From Pelagicoccus sp. (GTDB taxonomy: Bacteria; Verrucomicrobiota; Verrucomicrobiia; Opitutales; Opitutaceae), in the NCBI GenBank assembly GCA_028284635.1, contig JANQRJ010000001.1, forward strand, positions 30,624-94,623: a stretch of 64,000 bases of DNA, given 5' to 3'. Below, piece by piece: positions 55,940 to 64,000 of this stretch. The translations under genes and the position numbers were made by a program. The notes beneath the pieces were generated by a model. That model was given only the letters and a program-made list of their open reading frames with translations. It was not told the DNA's origin and did no database searches. Numbering within the stretch: position 1 is the stretch's first letter; every line of letters starts with the position of its first letter.

Positions 55940-57696
55940 ACGAAAGCAAGCCATTCACACCGGAACAGAAGGAATACCTGGCTGGTTTTTTCGCCGGGGC
56001 TGGCCAACGCTCTTTCAACCCATTTCTTGGGAAGCTTCCCGATGGACGCTTCACTGGCGACGCCGCTGCCAGCGACGAAGTCGAGACCGTCTACGGCACT
56101 CCTGTCGAAGACCTTTGCAAGGAAGAGCGTATCAAGCTGGAGAAAAACGGCTTGGACTGCTACGAGGAAATCCGACGCTCTGCCGAGACGGGCGAACTGC
56201 CGCAAGGCGCCGACATCTTTCGCTTCAAGTTCTACGGTCTGTTCAACGTATCTCCCGCCCAGGAAAGCCTTATGCTGCGCTGCCGCATTGCAGGCGGCAT
56301 CATGAGGGATTATCAGATGGAAGGCCTTGCCGAGATGGCGGAGTCATGGGCAGGTGGATACAGCCACATAACGACCCGAGCGAATCTTCAGCTGCGCGAG
56401 ATCCAGCCGGAAAACGCCATCAAGGTCCTGGAGAAGCTGGTCGATCTCGGCCTGACCTCCCGTGGCGCGGGGGCGGACAACCTGCGCAATATCACGGGCT
56501 CGCCGACGGCTGGCATCGACCCGGATGAGATTTTCGACGTGCGTCCTTTGACTAAGGCGATGCATCACCTGATCTTGAATACGCGCGAGTTCTACGGCTT
56601 GCCGCGCAAGTTCAACATCTCCTTCGATGGTGGCGGAGCGATCAGCGTTTGCGCCGATACCAACGACATTGCGTTCTATGCGGTGAGAGTGGGCGAGGGC
56701 AAGGAAGTCGAGCCTGGCGTCTACTTCCGCGTGCAGTTGGCGGGCATCACCGGGCATAGGCAGTTCGCCAAGGACTGCGGTATTCTTATCAAGCCGGAGC
56801 AATGCCTACCCGTGGCTGCCGCCATGATTCGCGTGTATGTGGAGAATGGTGACAGAACGAACCGCAGCAAAGCCCGACTCAAGTACCTGATCGACAAGTG
56901 GGGCGACGAGAAGTTTGTCGAAGAAGCGGCGAAACTGCTGAACTTCGAACTGGCGTCCGTTGCGCTGGAGGATTGCGTAGGCCGTCGCCCGATTAGGCGC
57001 CACGGCCATCTTGGAGCCCATGCTCAAGCTCAGGAAGGCCTGAGCTACGTAGGCTTGAGAATCCCTGTCGGCAAGATGCTGCCCGATCAGATGCGCGAAG
57101 TGGCCAAGTTTGCTCGGCGTTATGGCAGCGGAGAAATTCGCCTGACGGTTTGGCAGAACCTGCTGATTCCTCATGTACGTAACGAAGATGTCGATACGCT
57201 TAAGGCTGAAGCTTCGAAGATCGGATTCGCTTGCGATCCCGATCATATTCGCGGCGGCTTGGTGGCCTGCACAGGCAGCTTCGGCTGCAAGTACGCGGCG
57301 GCGGATACCAAGTCGAATGCCGTCGAGTTGGGCGACTTCCTGAGCGAAAGTCTCGAACTTGACCAGCCGATCAACATTCACTTGACCGGCTGTCCTCACT
57401 CCTGCGCTCAGCACTATGTGGGCGATATCGGCTTGCAGGCGGTCAAGGTCAAGGTCGATGGCGAGAGCGTCGATGGCTACAACATCGTATTGGGCGGCGG
57501 TGTAGACGATGAGCAAGGCATCGCCAAGACGGTGTTCAAGAGCGTGCCGTTTTTCGAAGCGAAGCCGCTGCTGCTGGGAGTCCTGCAACGCTACCAAGCC
57601 GAAAGGCGGGAGGGCGAGAGTTTCGTCGAATTCAATCGCCGCCACGACGAAAGCCAGCTTGTCGAACTGTATAGCGGAGAGAGCATTCCTGCGTAA
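55936..57696 (+). CDS. nirA: NirA-family siroheme nitrite reductase
   Basis: [38 protein letters not shown]; ATGA overlap with the nitrate reductase. Confidence 0.9.
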   Translation: MNESKPFTPEQKEYLAGFFAGAGQRSFNPFLGKLPDGRFTGDAAASDEVETVYGTPVEDLCKEERIKLEKNGLDCYEEIRRSAETGELPQGADIFRFKFYGLFNVSPAQESLMLRCRIAGGIMRDYQMEGLAEMAESWAGGYSHITTRANLQLREIQPENAIKVLEKLVDLGLTSRGAGADNLRNITGSPTAGIDPDEIFDVRPLTKAMHHLILNTREFYGLPRKFNISFDGGGAISVCADTNDIAFYAVRVGEGKEVEPGVYFRVQLAGITGHRQFAKDCGILIKPEQCLPVAAAMIRVYVENGDRTNRSKARLKYLIDKWGDEKFVEEAAKLLNFELASVALEDCVGRRPIRRHGHLGAHAQAQEGLSYVGLRIPVGKMLPDQMREVAKFARRYGSGEIRLTVWQNLLIPHVRNEDVDTLKAEASKIGFACDPDHIRGGLVACTGSFGCKYAAADTKSNAVELGDFLSESLELDQPINIHLTGCPHSCAQHYVGDIGLQAVKVKVDGESVDGYNIVLGGGVDDEQGIAKTVFKSVPFFEAKPLLLGVLQRYQAERREGESFVEFNRRHDESQLVELYSGESIPA

Positions 57697-57719
57697 CGAG
57701 AGAATAATTACGAAGCGTC

Positions 57720-59420
57720 ATGAGTAACTTAGCGAATCCTCCTTTCATACCTGAAAACGCTCCGTTTTCCATAGAGCAACGCGCTTGGCTAAACGGCTTT
57801 CTGGCCGGCATGTTCTCCGGCCAAGACGCTGAAGCGGCTCCCGTCGAGACGAAGCCGATAACTATTCTATGGGGCTCGCAGACCGGCAATTCCGAGGGAT
57901 TGGCTCGGCAGACGAGCAAGGCTTTGGGCGCGAAGGGCTTTGCCCCGACGGTGTATGATATGGGTGAATACGATACGGCCAAGTTGAAGGACGAGGAGCG
58001 TCTGCTGATCATCACCTCGACTTACGGCGATGGCGAACCTCCAGACAATGCTGTGGCTTTGCACGGCTTTCTGGGCAACGGGGAAGCTCCCAAGCTGGAT
58101 GGCGTGCTGTACTCGGTCCTGGCTTTGGGCGATACGAACTATCCCGATTTCTGCAAGTGCGGCATCGAGTTCGACGAGCGTTTGGCGGCTCTTGGGGCGA
58201 CTCGCCTGACTCCGCGGGTCGACTGCGATGTGGATTACGAGGAGCCCTTTTCCGGCTGGCTTGCTGCGGTAGAAGAAGCGGCAGGAGCAAGTTCTTCGAG
58301 TTCCGATGAAGAGGAAGCTCCGTCATCGGAACCTGAATACGGAAAGAAAAATCCTTTCCCTGCCAAGATCCTCGTCAATCGCAACCTCAACGCGGAAGGC
58401 TCGGCCAAGGAGACTCGGCACGTGGAGATTTCGCTGGCTGGCTCGGGACTCTCCTACGAGCCGGGCGACGCGGTGGCGATCGTTCCGGAAAACGATGCTG
58501 CTTATGTGGCGGATTTGCTGAAGGCGGCTGGTTTAGAGGCTGACGCCGCGTCGGTGGAGGAGCTACGACTGCGCTTCGATGTGACGAATCTGACCCTGAA
58601 GAATCTGAAAGCCTACGCCGCTTTGACTGGGAGCGAGGAGCTTGCTAAGCTAGCTGACGACAGGGAAGCCTTCAAGGCCTACGCCGAGGGTCGCCAGTTT
58701 ATCGATCTGCTGCTCGAGCATCCTTATGCCTTTGCCGATGTCGAAGAGCTGACTGGCCTGCTCTCGCCGCTGGCCCCGCGCTTGTATTCGATTTCCTCGA
58801 GTCCGAAGGCCCATCCGGACGAGGTGCATGTGACGGTGGGTGTCGTGCGCTACGATGCTCATGGTCGAGCTCGCAAGGGAGTCTGCTCCAATTTTCTGGC
58901 GGAACACGATGGCGAAAGCCCGGCCCGTATCTACTTTCACCCTACGAAGAGCTTCAGGCTGCCGGAGAATCCGGACGTGCCGGTCATCATGGTTGGACCG
59001 GGCACGGGCATCGCTCCGTTTCGCGCCTTTCTGGAAGAGCGGGCTGCTACGGGAGCCTCTGGCAAAAACTGGCTCTTCTTTGGAGACCAACACGAAGCCA
59101 GCGACTTTCTTTACGAGGAGGAGTTGCGCGGCTTTCTGGAAAGTGGCGTATTGACCAAGCTGGATACGGCTTTCTCCCGCGATCAGGAGCGAAAGGTCTA
59201 CGTGCAGGATCGTATGGTAGAGCGGGGGAAAGAGCTATATGATTGGCTGGAAGAGGGCGGTAGTTTCTACGTTTGCGGCGATGCCTCTCGCATGGCGAAG
59301 GATGTCGACGCGGCCTTGCATCGAATCGTGGCAGAAGAAGGCGGAATGTCTGCGGATCAAGCAGTTAGCTACGTTGATGGCCTGAAAAAGCAGAAACGTT
59401 ACTTGCGAGATGTCTATTAA
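57720..59420 (+). CDS. CysJ-like diflavin (FMN/FAD) NADPH reductase
   Basis: Flavodoxin SQTGNSE and STYGDGE; PRLYSISS, GVCS, GPGTGIAPF, KVYVQ, FYVCG, RYLRDVY. Confidence 0.92.
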   Translation: MSNLANPPFIPENAPFSIEQRAWLNGFLAGMFSGQDAEAAPVETKPITILWGSQTGNSEGLARQTSKALGAKGFAPTVYDMGEYDTAKLKDEERLLIITSTYGDGEPPDNAVALHGFLGNGEAPKLDGVLYSVLALGDTNYPDFCKCGIEFDERLAALGATRLTPRVDCDVDYEEPFSGWLAAVEEAAGASSSSSDEEEAPSSEPEYGKKNPFPAKILVNRNLNAEGSAKETRHVEISLAGSGLSYEPGDAVAIVPENDAAYVADLLKAAGLEADAASVEELRLRFDVTNLTLKNLKAYAALTGSEELAKLADDREAFKAYAEGRQFIDLLLEHPYAFADVEELTGLLSPLAPRLYSISSSPKAHPDEVHVTVGVVRYDAHGRARKGVCSNFLAEHDGESPARIYFHPTKSFRLPENPDVPVIMVGPGTGIAPFRAFLEERAATGASGKNWLFFGDQHEASDFLYEEELRGFLESGVLTKLDTAFSRDQERKVYVQDRMVERGKELYDWLEEGGSFYVCGDASRMAKDVDAALHRIVAEEGGMSADQAVSYVDGLKKQKRYLRDVY

Positions 59421-59473
59421 CCATTAAAATTTTTCACGTTTGTCTAGAATCATTAGCTAGGAAAATCAAAGGT

Positions 59474-60676
59474 ATGAAAACCAAACCAGAATCGAAGCGC
59501 TTGGCGCTAACTCTAAAAGCAGCGGGTCTGTGCTCGCTTTTGTTCGCCGGCGATCTTGCCGTGGCGGATCCCATATCGGAAATGCTCGATGGCTTCAAGG
59601 ATGGGGGCAAGGCTTCGCTCAATGCGCGCGCTCGCTACGAGTATAACGAAGTCGGCGTGAATGAGATAAACGGCTACAGCATCCGTACTCGCTTGGGCTA
59701 TACCACAGGCGAGTATGAGGGCCTCAAGGCGATGGTCGAAATGGAGGACGTGAGCTTCAATAATGACGACGACCGTCCCGGTCTCGACGTTCCCACTACG
59801 GAGCTCAACCAGATTTGGATTTCCTACGAAGGAGCCAAGCTCGGTCGCCAGATCTACGTGCTCGATGACCAGCGCTTTATTGGTCATGTCGGCTGGAGAC
59901 AGAATATCCAGACTTTCGACGCGCTGACCTATTCCACGGCTCCAGATGAAAGCTCGAAGGTCAATCTCGCCTACATCGATGCGGTGCATCGCATCAATGC
60001 GACTTCTCAAGACCTCTCCGGCATCATCGCCAACGGCAGCTACAAGTTCGCCAACGGTCTCAATCTTACCGGCTTCGCTTATCTACTGGACTTCGACCGT
60101 CCGGTGCTAGCGTCGAGCGATACCTTCGGTTTCCGTGGGAACGGCGTTATCGAGGCAGACGAGGTGAAATACAGCTATATGTTCAGCTACGCTACCCAAG
60201 TCGACAATAGCGGTAGCGTGAGGGACTTCGATGTCGGCTACATGGCAGGCGAGTTCAAGGCGACGTTTAGTGGCGTCACCGTGGGAATCGGAGCCGAGAT
60301 ACTTGAGGGCGATGGTAGTTACGGTTTCACTACGCCTCTGGCCACGGTGCACAAGTTCAACGGTTTCGCCGATCAGTTTGCTGGAAGATCGCTCGGCCTG
60401 GGCGGCGGCTTGAACCAGGGCCTGGAAGACCTCTACTTGACGGTGGGCTTCAAGGCTGGCGATATTCCGGTCACCTTGGCCTATCACGACTTCAGCGCGG
60501 AGAACGTAGGCGGCGGTCTGGGCACGGAAATCAATCTCGTGGCTAAATACAAGCTGAACGACTACGTGACGTTTCTCACCAAGTTCGCCGATTATAGCAC
60601 GGATGGTTCCACGGTCGTCGGGTACGGCGGAGTGGACAAAACGGTCTTCACCTTCGAAGCGAACCTGTCGTACTAA
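59474..60676 (+). CDS. Alginate-export-family outer-membrane porin
   Basis: Signal peptide; GRQIYVLDDQRFIGHVGWRQNIQTFDA, TPLATVHKFNGFAD; C-terminal Y. Confidence 0.85.
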   Translation: MKTKPESKRLALTLKAAGLCSLLFAGDLAVADPISEMLDGFKDGGKASLNARARYEYNEVGVNEINGYSIRTRLGYTTGEYEGLKAMVEMEDVSFNNDDDRPGLDVPTTELNQIWISYEGAKLGRQIYVLDDQRFIGHVGWRQNIQTFDALTYSTAPDESSKVNLAYIDAVHRINATSQDLSGIIANGSYKFANGLNLTGFAYLLDFDRPVLASSDTFGFRGNGVIEADEVKYSYMFSYATQVDNSGSVRDFDVGYMAGEFKATFSGVTVGIGAEILEGDGSYGFTTPLATVHKFNGFADQFAGRSLGLGGGLNQGLEDLYLTVGFKAGDIPVTLAYHDFSAENVGGGLGTEINLVAKYKLNDYVTFLTKFADYSTDGSTVVGYGGVDKTVFTFEANLSY

Positions 60677-60686
60677 GCGAATTTTA

Positions 60687-60757
60687 GCCCACAGATTGCA
60701 CAGATTCTCACAGATCGAATACGGCAGTATCTGTGTTCATCTGTGCGATCTGTGGGC
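60687..60757. repeat. 9-10-bp periodic-arm palindrome (CACAGAT)
   Basis: gcccacagat-tgcacagat-tctcacagat ... atctgtgttc-atctgtgcg-atctgtgggc. Confidence 0.88.
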
Positions 60758-60857
60758 AACTTTCTTCCACCTAGAAGAGCGCGTATCGGTTATATCGGAA
60801 TTGATATAAGGGTAGGTTCCCTCCTTTCGCGTGCCAGGCACGCTCCCACCTAGCGAA

Positions 60858-60953
60858 AATCCTCATCCTCTTCTACTTCTACTTCATCATCATCTTCTTC
60901 TTCCAAAAACTAGGTTTGGAAAGAAGATGAAGAAGTAGAAGTAGAAGAAGATT
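60858..60953. repeat. Hexamer-periodic palindrome at the adhesin 3' end
   Basis: aatcctcatcctcttctacttctacttc ... gaagaagtagaagtagaagaagatt. Confidence 0.85.
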
Positions 60954-60956
60954 TTT

Positions 60957-63900
60957 TTAGAAAGTCGGGGTGTCGGTGATGTCGGAATTGATATAAAGAT
61001 GGGTGTCGGTGCTGGCGTCGTAGTAGTGTTCGTAGCTGTTTCCGTTGATGCTTTCGGTGCCTTGGCTGGCGTAGTCTGAAGAGAACTCGACACGATCGTC
61101 GCTGCCGCCATCGACGAAGAGCTGGTTGTCTCCATCGGTCATATTGAGCACGTCGCTCGTCGAGAGTCGGATGGTATTTCCTCCGGAACCGTCGATGTCG
61201 ATGACCTCCACGTTTTTCGTTTTGGCATCGTCGAACGTGGTGAAATCCAGAGTGATGTTGGAATCCTCGAGCTGGAGTTTATCCTGGCCGTCCTCGCCGT
61301 CGATGAGGTCGTAGTCCAGGGCGGAAATGGTGATGGTGTCGTTACCGGCGCCAGCGCTAATGCTATCGGCTCCTCCTCCGGAATCGATGATATCATCGCC
61401 GGCCCCTGAATCGATAGTGTCCGCGGAGTCTCCGGTAGTGATGGTGTCGTCTCCTGTGGAGGTCGTCACATTCTGGCTGCCAGCAGTTTGGTTTACGTAT
61501 TCGCCTTTGGTGAGGTCTGCGACGGTGACGTTGATGGTCGTGGATTGGGATGAGCCCGCGATGTCGGTTGCGGTGACCGTGATGTCTATCGAGGGCTCGG
61601 TCCCATGATCGAGGCTTTCGGTGTCCTTAAGTTTCAGCTTTCCGGCCACGACCTCAAATCGGCTGTCGGATACGGTGACCATGTGAGCGTCGCCCGCGTC
61701 GGGGTCGGCGATCGATACGTCTCCCACGACGGCGCCAGTCGTATTCTCGGCGATAATCGGGCCCGATGAGGTGACTGATATATTATCCAGATGAGCCCCG
61801 AGGCCGTCGTTTCCAGCGGTGGCTTCGCTGAATTTTAGCGTGTCGCTGCCGCCGGTGCCGACGACTTGAAAGGAATAGTTGGACCAGGACGTCGAGGCGG
61901 GATCGACTTCGGCGACCAATACGCCATTCCAATATACCTCTATGACGTCTGTAGTGCTGGCTCCTCTGGCGCTGGCGTCGAAGGTCAGATTGTATACTTT
62001 GCCTTTGTCGGTATCGAAAGACTGGGAAATGGAGTCTTGAGAGGCGCCATAGTCGAGCTCGACAAACTGATCCCCGTCGGACGCGGCTTTGCCGTATACG
62101 TTGTCCCAGAGTTCCATCCCGTTTTGCGTGGTCCATGCTCCCGTGGGATCGGAACCGTAGGTGCCGACTTTTCCAGTTGCCAGATCCTGTTGCTCGAAGC
62201 TTCCGTTTTGGATGAGCTCGTCCCCTGTTGCGGTGATGCTTACGGTGGGGCTGTCATTAGTGTTTTGCACCGCAAGCGCGAAGTCGTAGCTGGCCGATGC
62301 TCCAGCCAAGTCGGATGCGGTGACAGTGATGGAAATGGAGCCGACGTCTTCGTTGGCGGGCGTCCCTGAGAGGAGGCCTGTATTGGCGTCGATAGAGAGC
62401 CAGTCAGGCAGGGGGCCTCCGCCTTGCAGGGCGGCGGAGTAGGTGAGGGTGTCGCCTGCGTCGACGTCGGCGAAGCTTGACGACACGTCTAGGCTGAAGG
62501 CGGCGTCCTCGTCGGTAGTCTGGTCGAGAAGACTGGTGCTGTCGCCGCTGAGTCGAATATTGTCGATCGTGTATATCTCCGAGGAGTTGGTGGTCTTGCC
62601 TTCGAACGAGATGACGAGCTCGTCTCCATCGGGGATGCTGGAGAGATCGATTTGGCTAAACGATCCGGCGCTCGGGGCATCGCCGTCGACATGGTAGAGC
62701 TGGTGGCTCACGCCGTCCACGATGGCTATGACTTCGAAGTAGTCGTTCCAGCTGCCGCTTGCTTCGAGTCCTTCCGTGGATTTCAGGTCGAAGCTTAGGG
62801 CAAGATCGGTGAGGCTGGAGATGTCGATCGTCTCTGTTTGGAGTTTGACGTCGGCGTTGCCGTCGTCCTCGGATGCGGTGAGGGAGATCTCGTAAGCGTT
62901 GTTGGATACGCCGTGGAGAGGATCCGAATCGGTAGCGGCAGACTCGTCGGTGGTCCACGCGGAGTCTCCATCGTCTTGCTGGCTTCCGTCGGCCAGTCCG
63001 GAGAAGTCTTCCTGCCAAACGCTGGCGTTTTCCCGGACGGTGGGTGCGTCGTTGACGTTCTCGACGGTCAGGCTGAAAGTATCGCTTGCGGATTGGGTGC
63101 CGTCGGATGCGGTGACGGCTACCGCGATGGTTCCGACGTCGTCATTGAGGGGTGTCCCTGAGAGGACTCCGGTGGTGGAATCGATGGAGAGCCAGTCTGG
63201 CAACGGGTCTCCATTTTCGAGGGTCGCGGAATAGGTGAGAGTGTCGCCGAGATCGACATCCGCGAAGTTGCTGGAGGCGTCGAGCGAGAATGCGGCGTCT
63301 TCGTCGGTGGTTTGATCCGCTATCTGGGAGGAGACCACTGGTCCGTCGTTTGTATTGTCGATCTGGATACTGAAGCTTGCGGAGGCGGTGGCTTGGCCAT
63401 CGGATGCGGACACGGTTACGCTGATGGTTCCGACGTCGTCATTGAGGGGCGTTCCGGAGAGTTCTCCAGTGGTGGCGTTTATCGACAGCCAGCTTGGCAA
63501 GGGATCGCCGTTCTGCAGCGTCGCCGAGTAGGTAAGAGTGTCGGTCGCGTCCACGTCCGAAAAGCTGGCGGCGGCGTTGAGAGAGAACGCGGCGTCTTCC
63601 TGCAGGAGTTGGTCGACTATGCCCACTGCGTCGCCATTGACCTGGATGTTGTCGATGAAGTAGGCCTCGCTTTCCAGAGTGGCCTTGGCTTCGAAGTACA
63701 GGATGAGGGAATCGCCTTCGGGGAGGTCCGATATGGATATGCTTTGGAAGGAGCCGTCGTCGTTTGGGAGGTTGCCGTACAGCTCGTACACCTTGGTGGA
63801 AACTCCGTCCACGACGGCGCGGACTTGGAAGAGCTCGCCCCACATAACGCCTGTGTCCATGTTGGCGGTCGTCTTGATGTCGAAGTCCAACTGGATTTCG

Positions 63901-64000
63901 CTTCGCCCGGAGATGTCTATGGACTCGGTTTTCAGTTTGGTCAGGGCTTCGTCGTCTTCCTGAAAGTTCGTGGAGTCGGAGAACTTGTATGTTCCGCCGG
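60957..64000 (-). CDS. Large RTX-type adhesin with cadherin-like/putative Ig repeats (5' end outside the window)
   Basis: Frame is open to the window edge; three DEDAAFSL...LPxWLSIDxxTGxLSGTP repeats, beta-sandwich domains, GDDTITTGDSADTIDSGAGDD nonapeptide repeats, C-terminal secretion region. Confidence 0.88.
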   Translation of the reverse strand, partial: GGTYKFSDSTNFQEDDEALTKLKTESIDISGRSEIQLDFDIKTTANMDTGVMWGELFQVRAVVDGVSTKVYELYGNLPNDDGSFQSISISDLPEGDSLILYFEAKATLESEAYFIDNIQVNGDAVGIVDQLLQEDAAFSLNAAASFSDVDATDTLTYSATLQNGDPLPSWLSINATTGELSGTPLNDDVGTISVTVSASDGQATASASFSIQIDNTNDGPVVSSQIADQTTDEDAAFSLDASSNFADVDLGDTLTYSATLENGDPLPDWLSIDSTTGVLSGTPLNDDVGTIAVAVTASDGTQSASDTFSLTVENVNDAPTVRENASVWQEDFSGLADGSQQDDGDSAWTTDESAATDSDPLHGVSNNAYEISLTASEDDGNADVKLQTETIDISSLTDLALSFDLKSTEGLEASGSWNDYFEVIAIVDGVSHQLYHVDGDAPSAGSFSQIDLSSIPDGDELVISFEGKTTNSSEIYTIDNIRLSGDSTSLLDQTTDEDAAFSLDVSSSFADVDAGDTLTYSAALQGGGPLPDWLSIDANTGLLSGTPANEDVGSISITVTASDLAGASASYDFALAVQNTNDSPTVSITATGDELIQNGSFEQQDLATGKVGTYGSDPTGAWTTQNGMELWDNVYGKAASDGDQFVELDYGASQDSISQSFDTDKGKVYNLTFDASARGASTTDVIEVYWNGVLVAEVDPASTSWSNYSFQVVGTGGSDTLKFSEATAGNDGLGAHLDNISVTSSGPIIAENTTGAVVGDVSIADPDAGDAHMVTVSDSRFEVVAGKLKLKDTESLDHGTEPSIDITVTATDIAGSSQSTTINVTVADLTKGEYVNQTAGSQNVTTSTGDDTITTGDSADTIDSGAGDDIIDSGGGADSISAGAGNDTITISALDYDLIDGEDGQDKLQLEDSNITLDFTTFDDAKTKNVEVIDIDGSGGNTIRLSTSDVLNMTDGDNQLFVDGGSDDRVEFSSDYASQGTESINGNSYEHYYDASTDTHLYINSDITDTPTF

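Overview
A GC-rich bacterial chromosome segment, probably Verrucomicrobiota of an Opitutae/Pelagicoccus-like lineage (inferred from gene content and style, not verified). It carries about 45 credible CDSs and one tRNA-Arg(CCT). Housekeeping genes include ispH, hisC, sua5, gluQ, the phoH-HD-ybeY block, waaA, trkAH and an orphan Cys-free rpsR. Transporters include SulP, AspT/YidE, BASS, a heterodimeric ABC exporter and a TonB receptor. There is a radical SAM + DUF4130-UdgX DNA-repair pair. A roughly 14-kb nitrate assimilation operon runs nrtABCD, DmsB-DmsC fusion, nitrate reductase, NirA, CysJ-like diflavin reductase, porin. The window ends in the 3' part of a large RTX/cadherin-like adhesin. 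No CRISPR array, integrase, transposase or prophage was seen. The least explained structure is intergenic. It includes at least six REP-like families and several families of long palindromes whose arms are built from 6-, 7- or 9-10-bp periodic units. Two insertions sit between 9-bp direct repeats, and one nested MITE-like module occupies the same target in two loci in opposite orientations. Other candidates are a CruR/DUF2946-like metal-sensing leader gene, a leader-peptide/terminator attenuator before the TonB receptor, and a CysJ-type N-terminal docking motif shared by NirA and its flavoprotein partner. All alignments were done by eye and no database searches were run.
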